In this document: one piece after another, positions 11,669 through 24,832 of the stretch
Position numbering within the stretch: the first letter of the stretch is position 1
Layout: each line of letters opens with the position of its first letter
DNA from: Octopus vulgaris
Taxonomy: Eukaryota
NCBI GenBank assembly: GCA_951406725.2
Contig: OX597816.1
Location: 15,004,001 to 15,068,000 of the forward strand
Length of the DNA stretch: 64,000 bases
Direction of reading: 5' to 3'
Translations under genes and position numbers: made by a program
The notes under the pieces: generated by a model
The model's input: the letters and a program-made list of their open reading frames with translations, nothing else
Told to the model about the DNA's origin: nothing
Databases searched by the model: none

Positions 11669-11884
11669 GCCGATGCGATAGAAACCTTTATAAAGAGTTC
11701 CTCTTAATGCCAAGTTTTTTTTATATGGCAGCAGCTTGGAATTCCAACGTTACATACAATTAGGTGAGGTTCAATTGGCACCAGTTAGTTTTGTTTCTTT
11801 GGTCAATAAGATCCGTTTTTGTGTTGTTGTTTTGCCTCGATTTTTTTTTTCTTCTTAATTTATTAGGTCACTTAAAAGTTTGGT
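11669..11884 (-). other. 5' UTR part of the PDE exon (whole exon 10904-11884)
   Basis: Minus strand reads cttttattcttctctctatcccttttccttcctactttttacAG|acca at 11885; an in-frame stop lies between this acceptor and the ATG. Confidence 0.7.
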
Positions 11885-12837
11885 CTGTAAAAAGTAGGAA
11901 GGAAAAGGGATAGAGAGAAGAATAAAAGTCTGAAGTGGAAGTCTAAGATAATTATCAATGATGGTATTTTCAGAAGGCGCGAAACAGAAAGAAAAAAAAA
12001 ACTATAGATAGAGAACGAACACAAATCGAACTCTATCAACAGTCAGTGTGATCATATAAAGAATGTAATGATGAAGTATTGGCAACTGGGAATATATAGT
12101 GGAAACTACAACTGTTTATAGCTTGGATTAAACGACCTTCATAACTGGAACTATGGATTTATAACATACTATGTATGTTTACTGGTGTAATAAAACGAAT
12201 ATCTATAGAAAAACATGATAGTTACATTTTAAATTCTAAAGTAAGATATAGAAAAAAATGATAGAAGAACAAAGGAAATGAATGGATGAAAAGCCAACTG
12301 AACTACATTATAATTAAATATAAATGGTCGTAATTAATTTATAATATTAAAAGGGTGTCGATGATAAGTTTTTAAGCTAGAATCTTTGAGCACCTTTTCC
12401 CTTTTATTTTGTTATTATTAAGCCACGTGCAAACATGTATACAATCCATCGTCAATAGAAGTGAACGAATAAATAAAAAGATAACAAGAGTGGAGCTTAC
12501 TGATAATTCTAACAAGGACAGTACGAGTAAACTGATAGGTGGATTGAAATAGATAAATAATTATATTACGGGTGGTAGTCCTGTGTGGTAGAAGAATTGC
12601 TTCTGAAAAGATTATTTCGAAGTCGAAGGAATGAGTTGTAAACCTTTGGGGTTTGAAAGAAACAGTGAACAATTCATAGCTGTGAGATTTAAAAACAATT
12701 ATGTCGACTGTAGTTTGTAGTTATAGAAGTAACAGTACAGTTCACATCTAGTGGGAGGGAGAGAGAGACAGAGAGAGAATATAAAAGTTGGTATAATGAC
12801 AGTAAACCGGCAATATAACAGAAGATAGTTGTTGCGA

Positions 12838-12868
<31 letters not shown>

Positions 12869-14279
12869 CTGACAGACGGAAAATGAGGAAGAAAGAAGTG
12901 AGGATGGATGGATGGATGAGAAATAGTTTCAAACGTTATGAGAAAAATGTATATAACTAACAAAGTATGAGGAAATCAATACATTTTTATGGAAAAGGTG
13001 AGGCTAAGAGGAGAAAAAGAGGGGATGATAGCCTCAGGATACGTTTCCACTTCTTAAAAAAACGAGAAGTGTGAACGTAAGTCAGTTGGAATTTTCGAAA
13101 TATTTATCACGTTCACACGAACAACTTTGAAGCATTCACTGGAAATAACTTTGATAACTTGCAATTTTATAAGTAAATTAAGGACACTAATGTTAAACTT
13201 TTAAATAAGAACTTATGCAAAAAAAATGTTTAATATATATTTCCATATATACGTGTATTTATCGATGTTCTGTATGTATATGATTAGTGAATGTAACTAA
13301 GATAAACTGAATAGGTCGTAGGAGTTTAAGAAGACGTTTATGTAATTCAAAGAGTTTATAAAAGCCAGCACCAACGGAATAATGGTATATAAAAGTCGTT
13401 GAAGTAGGTAAATCGTTTTAAACATGGTCAGAATTACTAAGTGACGCGCGGAAAAAAGTTACAAAACAAAGAGAAGTGTTAGCTACAGGTTTTGAAGAAG
13501 CTATTTTAAATAATAATAAATAAATTGCATAACAGCTACCATGTCATAATTAGAAATCAAATTGTGAAATGAAGTTTTTTTTAAAATATAACACTGATAC
13601 CGGCCGACTTTGTTGTTGAACTTAGAAAAGTATCTATTTTCTTTTGCCATGGTTTGTAATTAATTTCCTTCCATTCGGTAAACAGGAAATTTTGAATTTG
13701 TAGTTGGAGTCATCAGGCATAATTTTAGAATATTTTATATGTTCGTATATAAAATACAGATGATATAAACACAGAAGGAGAGGGTGAGAGCGGGCAATTA
13801 GAGCTAGTTGTGTGTATGTGTGTTAATTTATCTACATATATAAATATATTGTGAAAAAAAAGACAGTTCACGTAAACAGATAGGTTGAAGTATGATCAAC
13901 TTTGAATGTATGTCCCTAGATTATTTATTTCCTTGGTTTGTAATTCACTTGGTAACAGTTGGTAAAAGTAGTAGACGTACAGCTTTTATCCAAATAAAAA
14001 TGAGACGCAAAAAATAAACAAAGTAAAAACTTTTTTCTTCTTTTTTTCCCCAAATAAAAACAATACAAGTACGTCATACAAGTATTATAAGTCAACGTTC
14101 ATTCACGAAATTCTGCCAAGCAGCACATAGCTTCACTGGAACGGAACGACATACATATCCATATATACACACATACACGCATGTATATGTATGTACATTA
14201 CATACATTATATATACATTATATTATTACTATTATATATATATATGTGTATATATATTTTTCCTTTTAACAAATTACAT

Positions 14280-14570
14280 AGTGGTCGTGGCTAGAGAGGA
14301 GCGCAAATTTAAACAAAAGCAGTTAAACGAAGGGCAACTGTGCAAATGACACGATCTGGTATGGTAAATATACAAGAGTGAGAATATAGTTTGACATTGG
14401 GCTTTTCCATTCCGAATAGCGGTAATTCCTAAACTGGTGTTCCGAAAAAAAAAAAAATCACATTAAAACTGCTTTAATTGCTCCGATGTGATTAGCTGCC
14501 AACGGGCACGTGACATTTCGTGTATCCATAATGAGCATGTCGGTAATTCGGGGAGGCCAATAGACGTGTG
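14280..14570. promoter_or_regulatory. Candidate promoter/enhancer core upstream of the PDE exon
   Basis: Unique CpG-rich patch between microsatellites, with E-box CACGTGAC (14507-14514) and CCAAT (14557-14561), inside a TE-depleted region. TSS is not identifiable from sequence. Confidence 0.35.
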
Positions 14571-14766
14571 TGTGTGTGTAGACGCACATTCAGACACACA
14601 CATATGTAAATAGACATATTTATGTGCATATATATTTATATATATGTATATATAGGTACATGCGGGTGTATGTATGAATATGTATATGTGTGTGTGTATA
14701 TATAATTACATATATATATATATGTATGTATGTCTGTAATTATATATATATTTGTTTGAGTATATA

Positions 14767-14805
<39 letters not shown>

Positions 14806-14987
14806 GAATTTCAACCGTGTTTCGTGGTCTGCTACCCCAACAGCTCCTTTATAGGATCCAGTTAGCGCAAGACATCATATATGTATGTATTGTGTATATA
14901 TATTTGTATACATATATATATGTGTGTGTGTGTACGTGATCAACATGTAATATCTACTCCTAACAGTTTATACATACATATATAAAC

Positions 14988-15027
<40 letters not shown>

Positions 15028-15208
15028 ATGTATATATTTGTGTATATATGTATATTTATATGTGCGTGTGGTGTATTGTATATATACGTGTGTGTATGCA
15101 CACACAAATATACGCACATTGAATGTACAACAAAATATATATATATATATGCCATATATAAATACACATGTATACATATAAACATACATACACACACGCT
15201 TTCTCTAC

Positions 15209-15240
<32 letters not shown>

Positions 15241-17649
15241 AGTGCGCGCACGCACGAGTGTGTATGTATACCTATATATATATTTTGTTTACTTTATGCA
15301 TAAATTAAATATATATATATATATATAATTTTATAGTTTCACATTTGTGTTTTATTTTTACAAGGAAAAGGTTTGACAGTTTCTTTGAAGTTTTTTCGAC
15401 GACGAAATCATTTTTTATTTTTTTATTTATTTTCTTTAACGAGTTAAGGTAAACGTTTATTTACATGAAAGAAAATTACCGAAGAACTTTCATCTAATTC
15501 TTCCAAATCTTTCTCTTAAAACTGCCTTGAAACCATTTGTAGGGAATATTTTCTCTTTTTTTTTATCGGACTTGTAGTCCGATAAAACACACACACACGC
15601 ACACAAACGGTTATATAATGATATAACTACATATGTTGTAGACTAAATGTGTTGTGTTTGTGGGTATGTATAAGACTATTTTACTCACCTCTCTTATTTT
15701 GTACAATACTCATACATTCTAGTTCTCACCCTCTTTCTTTCACTTATCCCACATTCTGTTTCACTTCTTTCTCACTGACACATACAAACACAACCACACA
15801 CGCACACGTATATATTCACATATACACTCAATCTGTCTGTGTCTTCTTTCCTCTCTCTATCTCTCTATCTCTTCCTCTCTCTTTCTCTTGCTCTAAAAGA
15901 ATTTGGTAAATGTTTACATGGCATTGACTGTAGGGAAACTTTATTGATTCGTTAAGTTAGTCGGAGCCAAGTTGTTTAACTTTGAAAGCAGATCTGAGAA
16001 ATGGATTGCTAGCAACTGATGCTTCTCACATCAAAGGAACTGACTACCTTTGTAAAACGATGGTAAACATAAAAATACGGTAATGAATTAACAACTAGTC
16101 TCGTAAAAAACAGTCAACTGAAATATGCAGTTTCTTTAATACACTCACTCGCGCTCTTATAAGGTTTCTATCAAGCGGATTAATTTCTTATTCTTTATAA
16201 ACAAATCTTTTTACTCCACTTTGTCGTTATCTTCTTATAAAATTAAAACAAAAACTAAACATTTGGAAGCAAGCAATATTTAATCATATATTTCGAATAC
16301 GAATCGCACACACACACACAAGGAAAAGAAAAAATAAGGGCGATGTTTCGTTTTATGATCCATTTAATAAAATCTACCTATGTCGGAAGACGGAAACTCG
16401 ACAGTGAAACGAAAATGAAAGGATTGTCTTGCTTTGAAATGAAATAAAAAATGGTGTAAACCTTTAGTAAAAAGAAAATGTAATTGTAAAATGAGATTTC
16501 TTTTTGTTGTAAAATTCTTTTATTTTATTACAGCTTGTTTATAAATTTTTAAAAAATATAAAAATTAGTATATGTGGAAGGTTTTTAACAAACAATCTAA
16601 AAGCATTTTCTTTGACTGTCACCAAGTAAATTCTGCAAGCCATCACCATCATCATCATCATCATCATCATTTCATGTTTGTTTTCCCCATTTCGAGCAAT
16701 CAATGACAATCTGAGTCTTTGAAGACAGTTGCTCCCATAAATGCCAAAATAAAGAAACCAAATGAGTTAAATACGTAAATAACGAGAGAGAAAAAAAAAA
16801 GGACAAGTAATACAAAGAATGAGCAAGCAACAACAATATGAGTCTTCAAAGACAGTTGTACATCAGTCAAACCTCCAAGACATCAGACTCAGCAATGACA
16901 CCCCAGTCTTGCATCAGTTCACCTCTACCAGTCTTTCACTACAACACTTGTCTGTGTTTAGATTGTCTCTGCACAGGGGCCATCCAGACTCCCAGCTTCA
17001 CTGTGAACAGGAATTAATCTTCTCTCTTAGCTCCTTTGCACTACATGGGCTCAACTCCCATCCTCTCTTCATCTAACTCCCCTCTTCTCCTCTCTTCATC
17101 TGATACCTACTTCCTCTCTTCACTCCTACCCACCTTCTCTCTTAATTGATACCCCCTCCATCCCCACCTCTACCCCAACATCTATATGACAGTTAAAAGT
17201 TTTCATTGCAAAATATATTCTGGTCATTTACATGAAAACTGTCCATTGGAATACTTCCCTTCAGGTTTCCCGCTTATTTGACTACACAACAGGCAATCTG
17301 ATTGGTCAAACCATGTTTGCATAGGCATTAATGCATGTATGATAACAATTAATTTCTCATAGCTGATCTTGTTTTTATGGTAACATAGTTAGGCCAAGCT
17401 CTTAATCTGGCAAAAATGAGTAAGTTTAGTATTTGGCAGAAGCTTTGCTACTAAGAATTGGATTATTTTATTTTTGATAGCTGACTAATTTTTGTCAAAG
17501 TTATAAGAGACAACCTCATTTCATTCTATTGTATATAAATATTTTGACTAACACTCATGTGTATGTATGTAGATATGTATGTGTGTATATATGTATATAT
17601 GTGTATGCTTATATGTATAAGTGTGTGTATGCATGCATGTAAATGCATA

Positions 17650-18160
17650 TCATCATCAACATTTATTGCCTGTTGTCCATGCTGGCATGGGTTGGACAGT
17701 TTGTCCAGGGCTGGCAAGCTGAGAGGCTGCACCAGACTCCAGTCTGATTTGATACAGTCGCTATGGCTGAATGCCCTTCCTAACACCAACCACTGCAAGA
17801 AAATAATGGGTGCTTTAATGTGCCACTGGCATGGGTGTCAGTTGTGTGACACCAGTATCTGCCAGACTGTGATTTCACTCGGCTTCATGGATCTTCTACT
17901 CAAATACGGCATGTTACCAAAGGTCTCAGTCATTTGTCATTGCTACCATGATGCCCAACGTTCAAAAGTGCTTTTTATGTGCCACCAGTACAGGTGCTAG
18001 TTGTGTGACAGTGACATCGACCACATTGCCTCCATGAGGCCCAATGCTCAAAAGGTGCTTTTTATGTGCCACCAGCACAGGTGCTACTTATACGATACCA
18101 GCATTGCCCATATTGCCTCTGTGAGGCCCAACACTCAATAGGTGGTTTTTATGTGCCACC
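17650..18160 (-). mobile_element. Diverged family B RTE 3' fragment
   Basis: Family B terminus and AAAAGCACC-type units. Confidence 0.65.
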
Positions 18161-18177
18161 ATATATATATATATAAT

Positions 18178-18374
18178 GTGACCGCGTGTGTACCGTTGGT
18201 GATTTTTTTTCCTCTGTCTTCCCTTCTCTGGATCTTTCCTTCTCCTATGTTTCCGATGAAGAGCTCCGCTCGAAACGTTAAACCCTCCTTCTTTCCTGAG
18301 CGTCCAATAATACTATATTTGTTCCACGTCCTCGCGTTGTTGTGTTTTTTTGTGCTTTCTTGTTTGGATTAACT
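18178..18374 (+). mobile_element. ~200 bp (TA)n-flanked element carrying a minimal hammerhead-like motif (family H1, Penelope pLTR/retrozyme-like)
   Basis: gttt CCGATGA a gagc tcc gctc GAAA cg TT aaac at 18249-18283; same ends as 20123-20326 and 47918-48121. Confidence 0.7.
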
Positions 18375-18486
18375 TTATATATATATATATATAAACCAAG
18401 ATATAATTTCAGTTCTATCTCAATCCTCGTTCAAGCGTGACACAAACACACACACCAAGGTCAACTTTGCCTTTCATATTTTCATA

Positions 18487-18900
18487 TTTTCATGGTCAAT
18501 AAAATAAGACACAACTCTACAAACTGCTGTCAATCATATCAACTAGCCCCTCCCCTAAAGATTGTGTGACAGTGACATCAACCACATTGCCTCCATGAGG
18601 CCCAATGCTCAAAAGGTGCTTTTTATGTGCCACCAGCACAGGTGCTACTTATACTTTTCATGGTCAATAAAATAAGACACAACTCTACAAACTGCTGTCA
18701 ATCATATCAACTAGCCCCTCCCCTAAAGATTGTGTGACAGTAACATCAACCACATTGCCTCCATGAGGCCCAATGCTCAAAAGGTGCTTTTTATGTGCCA
18801 CCAGCACAGGTGCTACTTATACTTTTCATGGTCAATAAAATAAGACACAACTCTACAAACTGCTGTCAATCATATCAACTAGCTCCTCCCCTAAAAATTG
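18487..18900. repeat. 168 bp chimeric tandem repeat (about 2.5 units)
   Basis: Units start at 18487, 18655 and 18823; each fuses a SINE tail to a copy of 18001-18093. Confidence 0.85.
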
Positions 18901-19012
18901 CTGGCCTTGTACCCAAATTAGAAACCATTCTTGTACCAGCCTGTATGCTTTCCCTCAGCAGGTAAGCTATGGAATATACAGATGTGCCAAGTAAGTTTTA
19001 TCTATCTATCTC

Positions 19013-19063
<51 letters not shown>

Positions 19064-19199
19064 CCCATGCTAGCATGGAAAGCGGACGTTAAACGATGAT
19101 GATGATGATGATGATGATGATGATAGGCTTCTTTCAGTTTCTGTCTACCAAATCTACTCACAAGGCTTATATATGTATACATGCATACATGCATGCATA

Positions 19200-19235
<36 letters not shown>

Positions 19236-19764
19236 CATTCACTTATACTTTAGTCTCCCTCCCTGCCTCTAACCCACAATCCTTTATTATAATTTGTTCA
19301 CAATTGGGATGCCTCGTAGGATTATCAAATCAACCCTGGTAATCAATCTGGAAAGATAAGTAAATACCAGAGGCACTTTATCTGACTCTCTAATGATTAT
19401 GCAAATCAATTGCCATCGCCTTGTTTGTGTCCACAATAAGAGCATTGCCTCCTTTCATAATCATGACACATCTGTATATTCCATAGTTTACCTGCTGAGG
19501 GAAAGCATACAGGCTGATACAAAAATGGTTTCTAATTTGGGTACAAGGCCAGCAATTTTTAGGGGAGGGGCTAGATGATATGATTGACAACAGTTTGTAG
19601 AGTTGTGTCTTATTTTATTGACCATGAAAATATGAAAATATGAAAGGCAAAGTTGACCTTGGTATGTGTGTTTGTGTCACGCTTGAATGAGGATTGAGAT
19701 AGAACTCAAATTATCAAAGGGAGTGACTTCCTTCGATTACAGTTTTTTTGGTAAAGAAGTTTAA

Positions 19765-20581
19765 TCCTTTAGCATTTAAACTGGACACATCCAGCCAAAA
19801 TATTCTACCTGCTTTATGGTCAGACTGGTCACATCTGGTCTCTCTCTACCATACAATGTAGTTCTAAAAATTCTAACAATCACATACTTTTTTACTCTTT
19901 TACTTGTTTAAGTCATTTGACTGTGGCCATGCTGGAGCACCACCTTTAGTCAAGCAAATCAACCCCAGGACTTATTCTTTGTAAGCCTAGTACTTATTCT
20001 CTCAGTCTCTTTTGCCGAATTGCTAAGTTATGGGTACGTAAACACACCAGCATCGATTGTCAAGCGATGTTGGGGGACAAACACAGACACACAAACACAC
20101 ATACACACACATATATATATATAGTTACTCCAAACATGAACAAAGAGAAAACACAACAACGCAAGGACGTGGAACAAGTATAATGTCATTGGACGCTCAG
20201 GAAAGGTAAGAAAGAAGGAGGATTTAACATTTCAAGCAGAGCTCTTCATCAGAAACATAGAAAAAGGAAAGGTCCAAGGAAGGGAAGATGGAGAATGAAA
20301 ATCGCCAATGATACACACGTGGTCACATACATATACATATATACGACGGGCTTCCTTTCAGTTTCTGTCTACCAAATCCACTCACAAGGCTTTGGTCGGC
20401 CCGAGGCTATAGTAGAAGACACTTGCCCAAGGTGCCACTTACTGGGACTGAACCCAGAACCATGAGGCCACTCCTGCGCCTCAAAATCTTGAAACTACAA
20501 CTTGATTTATGATTACTTCAAAATAATACAATGTGAATAAAGAAGCATTAGATTTGACAAAGTAATCTGAACACTAAGGGG
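19765..20581. mobile_element. P2 MITE containing a family A SINE (19889-20480, minus) that contains an H1 element
   Basis: TTAA at 19761-19764 and 20582-20585; MITE halves colinear with 45860-46080. Confidence 0.7.
20123..20326 (-). mobile_element. H1 hammerhead-bearing ~200 bp element
   Basis: Minus strand gttt CTGATGA a gagc tct gctt GAAA tg TT aaat (20222-20256); CpG-decayed relative to the other copies. Confidence 0.7.
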
Positions 20582-20895
20582 TTAAGGATTAACGTTACCA
20601 ACATGGGATTTTGTAAAGGCTCTTACAGTCATTCCAAGTGCATGAAATGTAGACAATGGAAAAATTTACTGGAAAATTTCTACAAGGGTGACTTGGTCTC
20701 CTGCTGTAATATATGGAAGCTGAGCTATGTAGTGCCACTGTAGATCTCCAATTGCTTTTAGCATCTTCAGTGAAGGAGTTTTAAGTAGGAATACCTCACT
20801 GCCATATGATGCTACAAGACTTGGTGGTTCCAATTTTCTGTGCAACCTATCTAGTAATGTTGACAGAAAAGAAATAAAAAAGATGATGGATTTAA

Positions 20896-21115
20896 CCTTT
20901 TCGTTAACAACCCAGCTGAAACCGGCTCTGACTCTGAGTACAAATGTCTTGTTTTCATATGTTTTGAATTAAAATCTTCCACCAAACCTTAGTCACAATT
21001 TATGTTCCTAACGCAAGCTGAATGATAACTAAGTTATTTTACTAAATTCTTTGTTACATTTAAAGTAATTGAAAGAAACGGAGAGCACCTCAAAATAAAT
21101 ACAGTAACTAAAGGG
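20896..21115. mobile_element. TTAA-flanked MITE family P1
   Basis: TTAA on both sides; reverse complement of 671-880. Confidence 0.8.
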
Positions 21116-22193
21116 TTAATATAGAATATGCAAACATGGCTGGATGGGTACAGGACAAATAGATAAGATATTGTGACAAAGTAGTTCATCATATTTATGA
21201 GGAGGAAGGGCATGTGGTAAAAGAAGTTGTAGCAAGGCTCTACCAGAGTTTTGAACTATTGCACTCAAATTCCATAGCTCAGGACCACAGCTACCATGCT
21301 GCCATAAAAGACAAGGCCATTTATGAAAAATAAGTTGCATAGCCATAAATGGTATTAACACCTACATGAATATGGCTTGGCCAATCAGAATTTGCTATTA
21401 AAGAAAGTTGGAGAAAACTTTTCAAATATAAATGTATACAAAAAAAGTATACAAAAATAAGCATTAATTTCTTTTTTACTGTTATTTTTGTTTCGTTTTG
21501 GAAAATAAAAATTTTGTCTTATGGTTTATTAGTGTTTACGTTTTGAATTACATATATATATGGGGATGTCAAAATCTTTTAAGCGCTTAGGACTGCTAAG
21601 GGTCGTAATCTGGCCCTGTGTGTGCATTAGTGTGTGTGTGTATGTAATATATATAGTGAGAGAGTGAGGGTGAGAGAGAAATGTCAAATGGATGATTGCG
21701 GTAATCTGCAATAAAAAGAAGACACTTCAACAAAACAAACAAAGCAGGAATATTTGATTTATTGGCTCCATACAACGTAGGCAGGTGTTTCAATTCTCAT
21801 TTCAATTAAAATACCTGTTAGTGTATTTGTATACACAACAATATGAAAATAGAAATATGTTTCCCTTGTATGTTGTATATAAATACATATATATATATCC
21901 ATACACACAAAAATATCAGTATTTGATACTACGGATTCTTACATATTTGTGCATATGTGTTATTGCATGTCTTTTTTTATTTGATTTTTTAGTTGTTTCA
22001 GTCATTAGACTGTGGCCATACTGGGGCACCACCTTGAATTTTTGGTCGAATGAATCATCTCCAGTACTTCTTTTTCTTTTTCTTTTCAATATGGTACCTA
22101 TTCTATCAGTCTCTTTTGAAGGGGATATAAACACACCAGCACTGGTTGCCAAGTAGTAACAGGGAGAGAACACTGACACAAAAACACACACAC

Positions 22194-22263
<70 letters not shown>

Positions 22264-22276
22264 ATATATATATATA

Positions 22277-22603
22277 TCATCATCATCATCATCATCATTT
22301 AACGTCCGCTTAGCATGGGTTGGACGGTTCAACTGGGGTCTGGGGAGCCCGAAGGCTGCACCAGGCCAGTCAGATCTGGCAGTGTTTCTACAGCTGGATG
22401 CCCTTCCTAACGCCAACCACTCCGAGAGTGTAGTGGGTGATTTTATGTGCCACCGACACAGGTGCCAGACGAGGCTGGCGAACGGCCACGCTCGGATGGT
22501 GTTTTTATGTGCCACCAACACAGGTGCCAGACGAAGCTGGCGAACGGCCACGCTCGGATGGTGTTTTTATGTGCCACCGACACAGGTGCCAGACAAGGCT
22601 AGC
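22277..22603 (-). mobile_element. Family B RTE 3' fragment with about three near-identical ~62 bp units
   Basis: TTTTATGTGCCACCGACACAGGTGCCAGAC occurs three times. Confidence 0.75.
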
Positions 22604-22615
22604 ATATATATATAT

Positions 22616-22666
<51 letters not shown>

Positions 22667-22711
22667 CATGTATCATCATCATCATATATATATATATATA
22701 TATATATATGT

Positions 22712-23011
22712 GGAGGCGCAATGGCCCAGTGGTTAGGGCAGCGGACTCGCGGTCGTAGGATCGCGGTTTCGATACCCAGACCAGGCGTTGTGAGTGTTTA
22801 TTGAGCAAAAACACCTAAACGCTCCACGACGCTCCGGCAGGGGGTGGTGATCCCTGCTGTACTCTTTCACCACTCTTTCTCTCTTTCTTCAGTTGGCCTG
22901 CTCGCTTAGCCAGCGGGGTGGCATCATTCGAAGGCTAAAACAATGCGAAGCGCATTGTGACCAGCGATGTGTAACAACATCTGATGGTCTGGTCGGTCAC
23001 GTGATCACGTG

Positions 23012-23012
<1 letters not shown>
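22712..23012 (+). mobile_element. tRNA-derived SINE family C, tail variant 2
   Basis: A box TGGCCCAGTGG, B box GGTTTCGATACCC; ends in (TCACGTGA)2; CpGs intact, so young. Confidence 0.8.
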
Positions 23013-23058
<46 letters not shown>

Positions 23059-23317
23059 CAACAAGAATAATATTTGTCTCTTATTACAGAAACAAAATGG
23101 TTTATAGGACTGCAAAAGAAGTGCTCAAATATAAATGAGATGAAGATAAAAAAGCATTAGCTATAGAACATTAATTTTGGGTCAATGACTTTACATACAA
23201 AACCACCCTTCAAACATTTAATCATATATAAAAAACACCATGGTCTACAAACACATAAAAAAGCAAAAAAATATTACATATACATAAAATCACAAAGTGT
23301 TAAAGTATATATATCCT

Positions 23318-24268
23318 ATCATCATCATCATCGTTTAACATCCACTTTCCATGCTAGCATGGGTTGGACGATTTGACTGAGGACTGGCGAACCAGAAGGC
23401 TGCACCAGGCTCCAATCTTGATCTGGAAGAGCTTCTACAGCTGGATGCCCTTCCTAACGCCAATCACTCTGAGAGTGTAGTGGGTGCTTTTCGTGACACT
23501 GGCACGAGAGCCAGTCTTGCGGTACTGGCAACGGCCACGCTCAAATGGTGATTTTTTACATGCCACCTGCACAGGAGCCAGTCCAGCGGCACTGGCAACA
23601 ACCTTGCTCCAATGTTTTTTCACGTGCCAGGAAGGCAACGCTGGTAACTATCATGCTTGAATGGTGCTTTTTATGTGCCACCGGCATAGAAGCCAGTTAG
23701 CTGCTCTGGCAATGATCATGCTCGGATGGTGCTTTTAGTGCTCCACTAGCATGGATGCCAGTCATTGAATTTGATTTCGATTTCACTTGCCTCAACAGGT
23801 CTTCGCAAGCAGAGTTTAGTGTCCAAAGAAGGAAGGGTACGCATGAGTGGGCTGGTTACACCCCTGGCATAAGCCACGGGTTATGGTCTCACTTGGCTTG
23901 CCAGGTCTTCTCAAGCACAGCATATTTCCAAAAGTCTCGGTCACTAGTCATTGCCTCAGTGAGGCCTAATGTTCAAAGGTTGTGCTTCACCACTTCATCC
24001 CAGGTCTTCCTAGGTCTACCTCTTCCACAGGTTCCCTCAACGGCTAGGGTGCGGCACTTTTTCATGCAGCTATCCTCATCCATTCTCACCACATGACCAT
24101 ACCAATGCAGTCGTCTCTCTTGCACACCACATCTGATGCTTCTTAGGTCAAACTTTTCTCTCAAGGTACTAACACTATGTTGAGTATGCACACTGACATT
24201 ACACATCCATTGGATCATACTAGCTTCATTCCTAGTGAGCTTACGCATGTCCTCAGCAGTCATGGCCC
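23318..24268 (-). mobile_element. 5'-truncated RTE-clade LINE (ORF C-terminus, 3' UTR, (GAT)n tail)
   Basis: ORF 23973-24263: RRLHWYGHVVRMDEDS...GRGRPRKTWDEVV, typical of the RTE C-terminus; contiguous with the family B 3' UTR. Confidence 0.85.
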
Positions 24269-24287
24269 ATGTTTCTATATATATATA

Positions 24288-24333
<46 letters not shown>

Positions 24334-24379
24334 TATATATATATATATATATACATATATATGTATATATATATATATA

Positions 24380-24810
24380 CATACAACAAGAATAATATTT
24401 GTCTCTTATTATAGAAGCAAAATGGTTTATAGGACTGCAAAAGAAGTGCTCAAATATAAATGAGACGAAGATAAAAAAGCATTAGCTATAGAACATTAAT
24501 TTTGGGTCAACGACTTTACATACAAAACCACCCTTCAAACATTTAATCATATATAAAAAAACACCATGGTCTACAAACATAAAAAAAGCAAAATAATATT
24601 ACATATACATAAAATCACAGAATGTCAAAATATATCCTATCATCATCATCGTCGTTTAACGTCCACTTTCCATGCTGGCATGGGTTGGACAGTTTGACTG
24701 AGGACTGGCAAACCAGATGACTGCACCGGACTCCAATCTGATCTGGCAGAGTTTCTACAGCTGGATGCCCTTCCTAACGCCAATCTCTCCGAGGGTGTAG
24801 TGGGTGCTTT
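24380..24810. repeat. Direct duplicate of 23055-23490
   Basis: CATACAACAAGAATAATATTTGTCTC... through the RTE tail is present twice. Confidence 0.85.
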
Positions 24811-24832
24811 TACATGCCACTATATATATATA

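Noticed and set aside
10883-11713. ORF-track boundaries of the PDE ORF
   Set aside because: The TTG start and the VRCCFY* end are artefacts; the first ATG is at 11668 and the exon ends at the donor at 10904.
20665-21361. Minus-strand open frames with acceptor-like sites (about 60 and 81 codons)
   Set aside because: No recognisable protein, no consistent donor, and the opposite strand gives equally long frames with faint LINE-like words; unresolved rather than supported.
22712-22785. tRNA gene
   Set aside because: A/B boxes continue into a multi-copy SINE body; no proper acceptor stem or T-run terminator.
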